Source: Telmatocola sphagniphila
GTDB taxonomy: Bacteria; Planctomycetota; Planctomycetia; Gemmatales; Gemmataceae
Length of the DNA: 32,000 nucleotides
Direction: 5' to 3'
NCBI RefSeq assembly: GCF_018398935.1
Contig: NZ_CP074694.1
Coordinates: 5,580,001-5,612,000, forward strand
This document shows, in pieces, positions 22,869 through 30,887 of this stretch (its first letter is position 1; each line of letters opens with the position of its first letter). Below the pieces are notes generated by a model. That model had not been told where the DNA came from. It saw only the letters and a program-made list of their open reading frames with translations, and did not search any database. A program made the position numbers and the translations under genes.

Positions 22869-24242
22869 TTGGTACGCAAGCTGTCGAGTCTGGGCATTCC
22901 CTTGCTTCTACTGGTTTTGGGAGCTGTGCTGAGCTTTCGTTCCGATGAGGTCGATGGTGGCGAACCACCGTCCGCCTCCTCAGCCAACTCCCACTTCTCG
23001 ATTTTGGGATCCTCCTCCTGTGCCAGTTCCGGTTGTCACGGCGGCGGTAAGCCTCGAAACCTGGGGAGTGAATGGAATACCTGGATCGATAGCGACCCTC
23101 ACGCGAAGGCCTATCGCATTCTGTTCAATGAAACCTCGGTACGCATGGCTCGCAATCTCAACTTGCGGGATTCCCAGAACCGAATTGTTCCCGCTCATGA
23201 AAATATGACCTGTCTGAAATGTCATTCGCCCCAGGCGACCGAGTCCTCGGCTCATGCGGACGGCGTCGGCTGCGAAAGTTGCCACGGCCCCGCCGGGAAA
23301 TATGGCACCGTGCACTATCTCGACTTCTGGAAAAATCTGACCGTCGAGGAAAAGGCCAAACAGTACGGTCTACTCGCGACCAAGAATATCGATTTCCGCA
23401 TTCAGCAGTGTGCGACCTGCCACGTCGGCAACGCCGAGCAGGATGTCGATCATAATCTGATTGCCGCCGGGCATCCGAGACTGCTATTTGAATATAGCAG
23501 CTTCCAGCATTCACCGAACTACACCCCGCACTGGAAAGAAAAAACCAGCAATTTCGAAATCCGATCTTGGATACTCGGCCAGATCGCAATTGCAAAAGCG
23601 ACTCTTGAACTCACTGAGGCGAGGGCACTCAAGAAAACGAATTGGCCGGAGTTCGGCGAGTTCAACTGCCAATCCTGCCATCACAAGATAGATGATGCAA
23701 ATTTTGCTTCTATTTCCAAATCGACGGGAATGTCGCCCTGGAATGACTGGGCATTCGCTATGCTCCCGGTGATCGGTACAGCTTTGAGTACCAAATCGGA
23801 ACAATTGCCGGAATTGAAATCGCTCGAACAATTGCGGAAGACGATGAATGAAAAACCGACCGATACCCAGACGATTCTGGCACTTACCCCACAGGCACTT
23901 CAGGAATTGGAGTGTTGGTCCCGAATCCTGACAGCCGCCAACTCGGTTCGCCTTGAGAATCTACCCGCTCTCAAATCTGCAATCGCAGCGGACATTTTGA
24001 ATGCCGATTCACGGACTTTGCGCTCACCCGATTGGGAGAGCCGGATGCAACACTTCCTGGCTCTGGCTCAGTTGCAATACGCTTCAGGGCAAAAGCTCAG
24101 TCCCGAGTTGAACGCAGTATTCGAGAAAATTCGTAACCAGTTGAAGTATCAGACGGGAACCAACGCTCCCCGTTCCGTGCCCGTCGAAGAGCAGACACAA
24201 GCCTGGAACGCGCTCCAAAATACCCTGACCCCGAAACCATGA
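22869..24242 (+). CDS. Exported multiheme c-type cytochrome, five heme-binding motifs (paralog B)
   Basis: 457 aa. Signal peptide 'LGIPLLLLVLGAVLSF'. Motifs: CASSGCH (CX4CH, 23019-23039), CLKCH, CESCH, CATCH, CQSCH. A heme-free helical C-terminal ~190 aa follows. The TTG start is uncertain. Confidence 0.85.
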   Translation: MVRKLSSLGIPLLLLVLGAVLSFRSDEVDGGEPPSASSANSHFSILGSSSCASSGCHGGGKPRNLGSEWNTWIDSDPHAKAYRILFNETSVRMARNLNLRDSQNRIVPAHENMTCLKCHSPQATESSAHADGVGCESCHGPAGKYGTVHYLDFWKNLTVEEKAKQYGLLATKNIDFRIQQCATCHVGNAEQDVDHNLIAAGHPRLLFEYSSFQHSPNYTPHWKEKTSNFEIRSWILGQIAIAKATLELTEARALKKTNWPEFGEFNCQSCHHKIDDANFASISKSTGMSPWNDWAFAMLPVIGTALSTKSEQLPELKSLEQLRKTMNEKPTDTQTILALTPQALQELECWSRILTAANSVRLENLPALKSAIAADILNADSRTLRSPDWESRMQHFLALAQLQYASGQKLSPELNAVFEKIRNQLKYQTGTNAPRSVPVEEQTQAWNALQNTLTPKP

Positions 24243-25831
24243 TTCCGCTGAAGATTCGACTAATCTTGGTGCTGATCTTGTTTGTGCTAAGCGCGATTTG
24301 GCTTGGTCCGCCGAGTTCGGCCGTGCACGCTCAGCAGAATCCACCCTTGCTGACGAAGCTGGATGAATTCGGGGCCATCAACTGCGTTGGCTGTCACGGC
24401 AGCAAGGACGGCCCGAGCTTCAAAGCCTATTCCGAAGGGCCTCTCAAAAGTGGCAAGTTCATTTTTTTGAACGAATACGAAATTTGGGATAAGCACGATT
24501 ACCATTCGAAGGCCTTCCTGAACATCGATCCAAAAACGAGTCCGCTTGCCAAAAAGATGCAGGACACTCTCAAATACAACCCGACGGAAGACAAGCGCTG
24601 CCTGGCCTGCCACGCCACAGCCCGAGTGAAAGATGCCGCGATCAAAGAGCTTCCGAACATCAAAATGACCGGATCAGATTCCTGGTTCAGCACCACTTCG
24701 GGAGTCAGTTGCGAGAGTTGTCACGGGCACGCGAAAAGTTGGTTCGGCGAACACTTCCTGGAGGGCTGGCGCAAAACGGCCGTGAACGAGAAAGCCGATA
24801 AAGGTTTAAACGATCTCCGCGACCCTGAAATTCGAACGAAAAAATGCCTTTCCTGCCATGTCGGTAATCAGCAGGAAGGGAAGTTCGTCACGCACGAGAT
24901 GTTTGCGGCCGGGCATCCGCCCCTGCCCGCATTTGAAGTGGCCACTTTCCTGGCATCTCAGCCGCGACACTATTACACGGCTCGGGAAAATCAGGGTTTG
25001 CGGAACCTAGAGAAAGATCCTCAATTCAAAACCTGGGAAATTTTCCATTACCGCTCGGGCGAGTTGGCCGAAGCTCGCAATGTGGCGATTGGCTCCGTGG
25101 TGACGTTCCAGGAAACGATTAAACTCTTCCTCGACGATCCCAAGAAGAATAACTCGCTCGATTTCTCCAATATGAATTGTTATGCCTGCCACCACGAATT
25201 GAAGATCCCTAGCGATCGGCAGGCCGCTGGATTCCCGGGAGTACCGGGCCGACCTTTGATCCGCCCGACTTCGGTCGAACTGTTCGAGGCCGTGGCTTCT
25301 TGCGTCGATCCCGAAGGGTATCCGGTTTTCCAGCAGAAACTGGACACCGCGTTGAAAGAGTTTCAGAAAGGTTTCGATAACGCTCCGTTTGGCGATCCAA
25401 AGGTTTTTAAATCTGCTGATGTCATGCTGAGTGGTCTTAGCACGGAAGTTCTAGAGAAAGTCAAAGCAACGAAATTCGATACATCGAAAAGTGAAGAGTT
25501 GTTCCGAAAATTGCTCGATCGGGTCGACGAGCGCGCCAATAAATCGAAAGTCTATCTCGATCACGATACGGCCCGTCAGCTGATCTGGGCTCTGGAAGTC
25601 GTGCGTAAGGATTTGAAAGAGAGTGGTCTGGTGAAATATTCCGTGACCGATGATAAAGTGCAGGCGATCTTCGGTAAAGTCTTCTCGCTGAATATTCGGG
25701 ACCTCAACTCGACGGATTCGAATAAGGCCCCGTTGGCGGAGATGGTGAAACCTCGCATGAGCGCCATCGAGAACTTTCCCTTAAACGAATTCCGCGAAGC
25801 GTTCAGCGTTTATCAGAAGCTGTTTCCGTAA
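24239..25831 (+). CDS. Exported multiheme c-type cytochrome, five heme-binding motifs (paralog C)
   Basis: 530 aa. Signal peptide ending 'SSAVHA|QQ'. Motifs: CVGCH (24383-24397), CLACH, CESCH, CLSCH, CYACH. A heme-free C-terminal ~230 aa follows. The ATG overlaps the upstream stop (ATGA at 24239-24242). Confidence 0.88.
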   Translation: MIPLKIRLILVLILFVLSAIWLGPPSSAVHAQQNPPLLTKLDEFGAINCVGCHGSKDGPSFKAYSEGPLKSGKFIFLNEYEIWDKHDYHSKAFLNIDPKTSPLAKKMQDTLKYNPTEDKRCLACHATARVKDAAIKELPNIKMTGSDSWFSTTSGVSCESCHGHAKSWFGEHFLEGWRKTAVNEKADKGLNDLRDPEIRTKKCLSCHVGNQQEGKFVTHEMFAAGHPPLPAFEVATFLASQPRHYYTARENQGLRNLEKDPQFKTWEIFHYRSGELAEARNVAIGSVVTFQETIKLFLDDPKKNNSLDFSNMNCYACHHELKIPSDRQAAGFPGVPGRPLIRPTSVELFEAVASCVDPEGYPVFQQKLDTALKEFQKGFDNAPFGDPKVFKSADVMLSGLSTEVLEKVKATKFDTSKSEELFRKLLDRVDERANKSKVYLDHDTARQLIWALEVVRKDLKESGLVKYSVTDDKVQAIFGKVFSLNIRDLNSTDSNKAPLAEMVKPRMSAIENFPLNEFREAFSVYQKLFP

Positions 25832-26348
25832 TTTCGGGCAGGTCGATTTTCTTCGCCGTTTTGCGGGCAACCAGATTCCGGACATAGTCCAGTTCGTGGA
25901 TGGTCGTACCAACCGCCAACCGGGCTTCCCGCACCAGGACCACACTTCCAAAAAGCAAAAGCGAGCCTCCGGCCAGAGCCAGAATTACCGGTATCGAACC
26001 GAAGGTCGGCGGCAGAAATGAACTCAAGCCGATGGCAATACTGGTAGCCACCAGCAAGCCGATCGCCCCGTAAAGAATCGTCAACGCCGATTGCAACAGG
26101 TAGATCCGCTTGGAGAGCTGCGAGAGCTGTTCGTAGACCAGCAGTTTCTTTTCCTCGGAAGGTGCGGGCAGGTTCTCCGGCAGTACATCCGTGAATTTTT
26201 CGACCTCATCCACCAGAACGCGAATGCGATCCACGACGCGGCCGAGGCGATTGCTGGTGGAGAGCAAGAGGGTCCCCGAGGCCGAGATTAACACGGCCGG
26301 GGTAATCATGGCTCCGAGAATTTGCTGACTGGCCTGAACGTCAATCAT
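25803..26348 (-). CDS. DUF2721 domain-containing membrane protein
   Basis: 181 aa. 'ITPAVLISASGTLLLSTSNRLGRVVDRIRVL' plus two C-terminal TM helices fit my recollection of DUF2721. The 3' end overlaps the convergent cytochrome gene by 29 nt. Confidence 0.7.
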   Translation of the reverse strand: MIDVQASQQILGAMITPAVLISASGTLLLSTSNRLGRVVDRIRVLVDEVEKFTDVLPENLPAPSEEKKLLVYEQLSQLSKRIYLLQSALTILYGAIGLLVATSIAIGLSSFLPPTFGSIPVILALAGGSLLLFGSVVLVREARLAVGTTIHELDYVRNLVARKTAKKIDLPEITETASDKR

Positions 26349-26520
26349 GAGAAGAATCCCTTCCTAGCTCACGATAGCGTCTTCCCCTCGAAAGAGAACT
26401 CCCACGCGGTTAATTATAGAGGTCAGTCATTTCTTTTTGGAACAGTCCGGATAACTTCCCGGGGATAGCGTAATTGAGCAAGATTATGGGGTTAATCGAA
26501 ATGGCTGGGCGAAGCGGGAT

Positions 26521-28128
26521 TTATCGGATCGGGGCCGTGAACGTCGTCTGCTTCTTGCTGTTTTCCATCGCTTCGAGAATCTTCGCTCGAATTTCCACGA
26601 ACGCATAAGCACACGCCGGATCGAACTGCTTGCCGGCCTCGGCTTTGACGATTGCCATGGCCTCTTCTGGCGGTTTGCCCCGCTTGTTCTCGTGATAAGC
26701 GCGGTTGCTGGTCATCGCGTCGAACGCATCGGCCACGGCTACGATTCGAGCCAAAAGCGGAATCTCTTCCTGCTTCAGCCCTTCCGGATAGCCGCGGCCA
26801 TCCCAGCGTTCGTGATGCGATTTGACGATGGGAATAATCGGATGCAGATCGGGCATGGTACGGATGATGTCGGCCCCCTTAGTAGTGTGGGTCTTCATCT
26901 CATCCATTTCATGCGGCTCGAGCTTACCCGGCTTCAGCAGAATCTCATCCCGAATGCCGATCTTACCGACATCGTGCAGCGGTCCGCCGAGCGAAATCAA
27001 TTCCAGATCCGAGGAGGACAATCCGAGTTGTTCACCGAGGAGAAGCGAATAGGTGGTCACCCGAGCCGTGTGGCCGCCGGTGTAATTGTCGCGCAGTTCG
27101 ATGAACTGAGCCAGCGTGCTGATGGTATTCAGGAAGACATCACGCTGCTTTTTCAGCAGGTGGGCGCACTCGATACCGGAAGAGACATTGGCTGCCAAGG
27201 CATCGGCCAGATGCAAATCGCCTTCGGTAAACGGCTTGCTGAAGTAGCCGCGATCCAGATGCAGAACGCCCAGTCGACGGCGCGGTGTGCGAAGCAGTAC
27301 GCAGAGGACGCTGGCCATGGAACCTTCGGAAATACTCTGCGTCCCCTTCAGTTCCGAATCGTCCTCGACGCTGCAGCAGAGAATGGACTCACCGCGATCG
27401 TAGCAGCGGTGCGACAATTTCTTGCTGAAGAAGAACCGGCTGTTGACTTCATTGCGGGTGCCGTTCGATACCGCTCGCAATTGCAGTACGTTGTTCGAAT
27501 CGGCTAGTACAATGGCGCCGCGCTGGGCTTCCAGAACCGAGACGGCGTCATCGAGAATCTGCCGGAGGAGATCGTCTTCTTTTTCGATGCTGACCAGGTG
27601 CTGGCCGGCGCGAAGCAGGGCCATCATCTGATCGCCGGGACGAGGCGAGCGATTACGGTCATAGACCATTCGCTGCACGCCTTCTTCCCAGGAGGAACTG
27701 GTGGCCGCTTCGACGTGAATTTGTTCGTCGAGGGCCGGCACGATCGAGCTGAGTTTGCTTTCGGGGCCTTTTTCGTTCAGTTCAACGATCATGGCCACTT
27801 TGCCGAACTGAACGATATCGCGAGAATGGAGTTGGCGTTCGCCGGCACCCAATTTCACGCCGTTGACGTAGGTGCCGTTGGTGCTATTAAGATCGCGGAC
27901 AAACCAGCCGTTGTTATTGTAGCGAACTTCGCCGTGACGCCGGCTGACAGAACTGTCGTCTAAAACGATTTCCAGGGTGCTCAAGCGGCCCGCGCGAAGG
28001 ATCTGATCCGATTCCCAGACTTTGCCTTTTACTTCCCCACTTATCCCGCGCAGCCTTAGTCGAGTCCCCAATTTTGAGAGAGAACCTATTAAATTCTTGT
28101 TTAAGCTGATAGCCGAACGAGTCGACAT
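26521..28128 (-). CDS. FHA - GAF - HD-GYP domain signalling protein (putative c-di-GMP phosphodiesterase)
   Basis: 535 aa. FHA block 'GRLSTLEIVLDDSSVSRRHGEVRYNNNGWFVRDLNSTNGTYVNG'. A central GAF-like region. HD-GYP catalytic blocks 'GGHTARV', 'GGPLHDVGKIG' and 'HHERWDGRGYPEGL'. Confidence 0.88.
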   Translation of the reverse strand: MSTRSAISLNKNLIGSLSKLGTRLRLRGISGEVKGKVWESDQILRAGRLSTLEIVLDDSSVSRRHGEVRYNNNGWFVRDLNSTNGTYVNGVKLGAGERQLHSRDIVQFGKVAMIVELNEKGPESKLSSIVPALDEQIHVEAATSSSWEEGVQRMVYDRNRSPRPGDQMMALLRAGQHLVSIEKEDDLLRQILDDAVSVLEAQRGAIVLADSNNVLQLRAVSNGTRNEVNSRFFFSKKLSHRCYDRGESILCCSVEDDSELKGTQSISEGSMASVLCVLLRTPRRRLGVLHLDRGYFSKPFTEGDLHLADALAANVSSGIECAHLLKKQRDVFLNTISTLAQFIELRDNYTGGHTARVTTYSLLLGEQLGLSSSDLELISLGGPLHDVGKIGIRDEILLKPGKLEPHEMDEMKTHTTKGADIIRTMPDLHPIIPIVKSHHERWDGRGYPEGLKQEEIPLLARIVAVADAFDAMTSNRAYHENKRGKPPEEAMAIVKAEAGKQFDPACAYAFVEIRAKILEAMENSKKQTTFTAPIR

Positions 28129-28430
28129 GTTACCCTCTAGAGCCCGGAAATAGGCCTCTTTTTTCAGCAGCCAATCCCTCGGACTACCGACCCGGTTATA
28201 GGTTCAACCGTCATCAGTCAGTTACGAACAGTTCCAGTCTAGCTTACATTTTTCTACTTGCAAAACGCTAATCGGAACATTTCGCGGACGCTGAGGAGGA
28301 GCCAGCCTTTGAGCATTTAAGGATTCCTTCATTTAGTCGGCTTATTAACTCTTTTATAAATGGTTTTCCGCCAAAAAACTGTCCTGCAATTGCCGATTTT
28401 CAATTCGGCGCGAAATCGTAAATCATTCGT

Positions 28431-29168
28431 ATGCTGGTATTTCTTCTGTTTGTCGTCGCCTTTCTCTATTCCAGTGTCGGTCACGCCGGCTCCTCGGGGT
28501 ACATCGCTGTCATGAACTTATTGGGGGTCTCGACGGCCATTATCAAACCCTCCTCACTCAGTTTGAATATCCTGGTGGCGACGATTGGCCTCGTTCAGTT
28601 CGGCCGCTCCCGATTCATCCCCTGGAAGCTGGTCCTGCCGTTGATTGCCCTCTCGATTCCCGCCGCGTTTCTGGGAGGGAAACTTTCTGGCCAGCTGCCC
28701 GACCAGTACTTCAAACCGCTTTTGGGCGGCGTACTACTCTTCGCCGCCTGGCGTTTAGTCGCCAAACCGTTGCCGGCTCCGCCCACCGGAACCGATGCGA
28801 AAGGACCCCAAATCTGGAAAATATTCCTGGTGGGGGCTCTGTTGGGCTTCTTTTCGGGGGTGACTTCCACCGGTGGTGGAATTTTTCTCAGCCCGCTCGT
28901 CCTTTTTTTCGGCTGGGCCGACATCAAGCATACGGCCGGTCTTTCGGTGACTTTCATCCTGGCCAATTCAATCTCCGGATTGATCGGTCAGGTGCAGGGG
29001 GGGGCCGAGTTACCCGAAAATCTGTGGATCTGGTTATTGGCTGTGGGTATGGGAGGATTGCTCGGTTCTCAGATGGGCAGCCGCAAGTGGGGAGGGCCGA
29101 CTTTGAAAAAACTTCTGGCTTTAGTACTGGTTATTGCTGCCGCTAAACTGATCGCCGTATTATTCTAA
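28431..29168 (+). CDS. TauE/SafE family sulfite/anion exporter-like membrane protein
   Basis: 245 aa, polytopic, with an internal duplication. The glycine-rich blocks 'SSVGHAGSSGYIAVM' and 'GVTSTGGGIFLSPLVLF' are typical of the family. Confidence 0.85.
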   Translation: MLVFLLFVVAFLYSSVGHAGSSGYIAVMNLLGVSTAIIKPSSLSLNILVATIGLVQFGRSRFIPWKLVLPLIALSIPAAFLGGKLSGQLPDQYFKPLLGGVLLFAAWRLVAKPLPAPPTGTDAKGPQIWKIFLVGALLGFFSGVTSTGGGIFLSPLVLFFGWADIKHTAGLSVTFILANSISGLIGQVQGGAELPENLWIWLLAVGMGGLLGSQMGSRKWGGPTLKKLLALVLVIAAAKLIAVLF

Positions 29169-29204
29169 TAGAAGCAAGCCCAGTCAAAAAAGGAACGAGG
29201 GGAT

Positions 29205-29567
29205 ATGCCTAAGGCCAGAAACGTGCTCGGAACCGAACTTCAACTTTGCAGTGAAAAGCCGCTGACGGGGTTCACTCGCAACGGCTGCTGCGACAATATA
29301 CCGGGGGATAATGGTCTGCATATCGTCTGTGTGAAAGTGACCAGCGATTTTCTCGCTTTCAGCAAGAAGCGCGGCAACGATCTTTCCACGCCGGTACCGG
29401 AGTATATGTTCCCCGGTTTGAAGCCGGGGGATCGCTGGTGTCTATGCGCTTCCCGCTGGCGGGAAGCGTACGACGCGGGAGTCGCTCCGGAGGTGGTTCT
29501 CGAAGCCACGCACGTTTCGATGCTCGAATTCGCTTCTTTGGAAGAGCTGAAACAGGTCGCCGGTTAG
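29205..29567 (+). CDS. DUF2237 domain-containing protein
   Basis: 120 aa. 'NVLGTELQLCSEKPLTGFTRNGCC...GLHIVCVKVTSDFLAFSKKRGNDLSTP...GDRWCLCASRW' matches the conserved Cys pattern of DUF2237. Confidence 0.8.
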   Translation: MPKARNVLGTELQLCSEKPLTGFTRNGCCDNIPGDNGLHIVCVKVTSDFLAFSKKRGNDLSTPVPEYMFPGLKPGDRWCLCASRWREAYDAGVAPEVVLEATHVSMLEFASLEELKQVAG

Positions 29568-29643
29568 CGTCGTGTCTCTCGACCCGTTCCACGAACTCCG
29601 TATCCTATTCCTTCCAAATTGATGTTGAGATTGGAGATAGGCA

Positions 29644-30381
29644 ATGGCAGGCCATAGTCACTCGGCGAATATTGCCGTCCGCAAAGGCAAACAGGATGCC
29701 CAGCGAGCGAAACTGTTCAGCAAGTTGAGCCGCTATATCATCATCGCAGCCCGGGCCGGCGGCGGCGATCCGGATACCAATCTGAAACTGCGCTACGCCA
29801 TCGACAAGGCCCGTTCGGTCTCCATGCCCCGCGACAACATCGAACGCGCCATTAAGCGCGGCACCGGCGAAGCGGGCAGCGATATCATGGAGGAGCTCAA
29901 CTACGAAGGGTACGGCCCCGGTGGTGTGGCAATTTTCTGCGACATCCTGACCGACAATCGCAACCGTTCCAGCGGCGAAGTGCGCAAGATCTTCGAAAAA
30001 GGGGGCGGGAACATGGGAGCCCCCGGCTGCGTCGGTTACCTCTTCGAACGCAAGGGCATTTTCGTCGTCGATGGGCGAACGATCGATGAAGACGGTCTGA
30101 TGAGCCTCATTCTGGATGCCGGGGCGGACGACTTGACCCGGTTAGGTGACACCTTTGAAATCACCTGCGATGTGACCATCTTCATGGCCGTTTCCGCGGC
30201 TTTGGCCAAGGCGAACCTGACTCCCATTTCCGCCGATGTGGCCATGCTCCCCAAAACGCAGGTCGAAGTCGATCTTGAGACGGGTAAGAAGCTGGTGAAA
30301 TTGCTCGATGCCCTGGACGATCACGAGGATGTTCAGAACGTCTATAGCAATGCCAAGCTGACGGCGGAGATGAGCGAGTAA
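29644..30381 (+). CDS. yebC: YebC/PmpR family DNA-binding transcriptional regulator
   Basis: 245 aa. The N-terminus 'MAGHSHSANIAVRKGKQDAQRAKLFSKLSR.I..AAR.GGGDPDTNLKLR.AIDKAR..SMPRDNIERAIKRG' is the family signature. Confidence 0.93.
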   Translation: MAGHSHSANIAVRKGKQDAQRAKLFSKLSRYIIIAARAGGGDPDTNLKLRYAIDKARSVSMPRDNIERAIKRGTGEAGSDIMEELNYEGYGPGGVAIFCDILTDNRNRSSGEVRKIFEKGGGNMGAPGCVGYLFERKGIFVVDGRTIDEDGLMSLILDAGADDLTRLGDTFEITCDVTIFMAVSAALAKANLTPISADVAMLPKTQVEVDLETGKKLVKLLDALDDHEDVQNVYSNAKLTAEMSE

Positions 30382-30384
30382 GGC

Positions 30385-30723
30385 TCATTCGAACCGAAGC
30401 GTGATGCCGTTGATCAGCAGCAGGTACCAAACGACTTTACAGACAATGTGCAGCAATTGGTCGATATGAATGTTCGTCCAGCCTTCGCACTTTAGATAGT
30501 CCAGAATCCAGTGGCAGACCGTTTCGAGGATTCCCAGCCCGGCGGATTGGGTGATCCAGCCGACAAATCCGCCGTGGATCAGGGCGTGAGCGGTCAACCA
30601 GTAGTACCAGGGAACCACTTTTTGCAGGTCGCTGGAACTGCGGCGACATTTTTCGATGGCCATGGGTCCATTCTGAAGGGGATAGTCGGCCAGGGCGTGC
30701 CCGACAATCAGAAAGAACAGCAT
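30385..30723 (-). CDS. DUF3307 domain-containing membrane protein
   Basis: 112 aa. 'GHALADYPLQ' near the N-terminus and later His-containing hydrophobic segments fit DUF3307. Confidence 0.6.
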   Translation of the reverse strand: MLFFLIVGHALADYPLQNGPMAIEKCRRSSSDLQKVVPWYYWLTAHALIHGGFVGWITQSAGLGILETVCHWILDYLKCEGWTNIHIDQLLHIVCKVVWYLLLINGITLRFE

Positions 30724-30887
30724 AAACCCGGCCCCTTCCCGTTGATTGAAAGATGTTGGGCATTGTATCCAAGGAGACCGCCGCCCGGGTAGCGGATTCC
30801 GACTTCTTTTCGACTAACTGCTTGACTCATTCCGATCAGTCGTTTCTAGTGGTATTTCAATCTTTTGCTGTAAGGGTGAGCACGCTC

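Noticed and set aside
14048-25831. Possibility that the cytochrome cluster is an anammox-type or nitrifier-type hydroxylamine/hydrazine module (HAO, hydrazine synthase, c554)
   Set aside because: None of the ORFs has the eight-heme-motif layout of HAO/HDH-type octahemes. No beta-propeller hydrazine-synthase-like subunit is present. The c554 resemblance is limited to the first three heme motifs. The sequence gives no support for N-oxide chemistry.
26692-27507. 271-aa plus-strand ORF (similar cases at 21207-21893, 10087-10779, 11049-11690, 17316-17885 and 21897-22397)
   Set aside because: All of these are antisense to genes with strong domain signatures (HD-GYP, Fe-S fusion, BI-1, DUF1571-like, decaheme) and lack recognisable motifs. 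I treat them as shadow ORFs.
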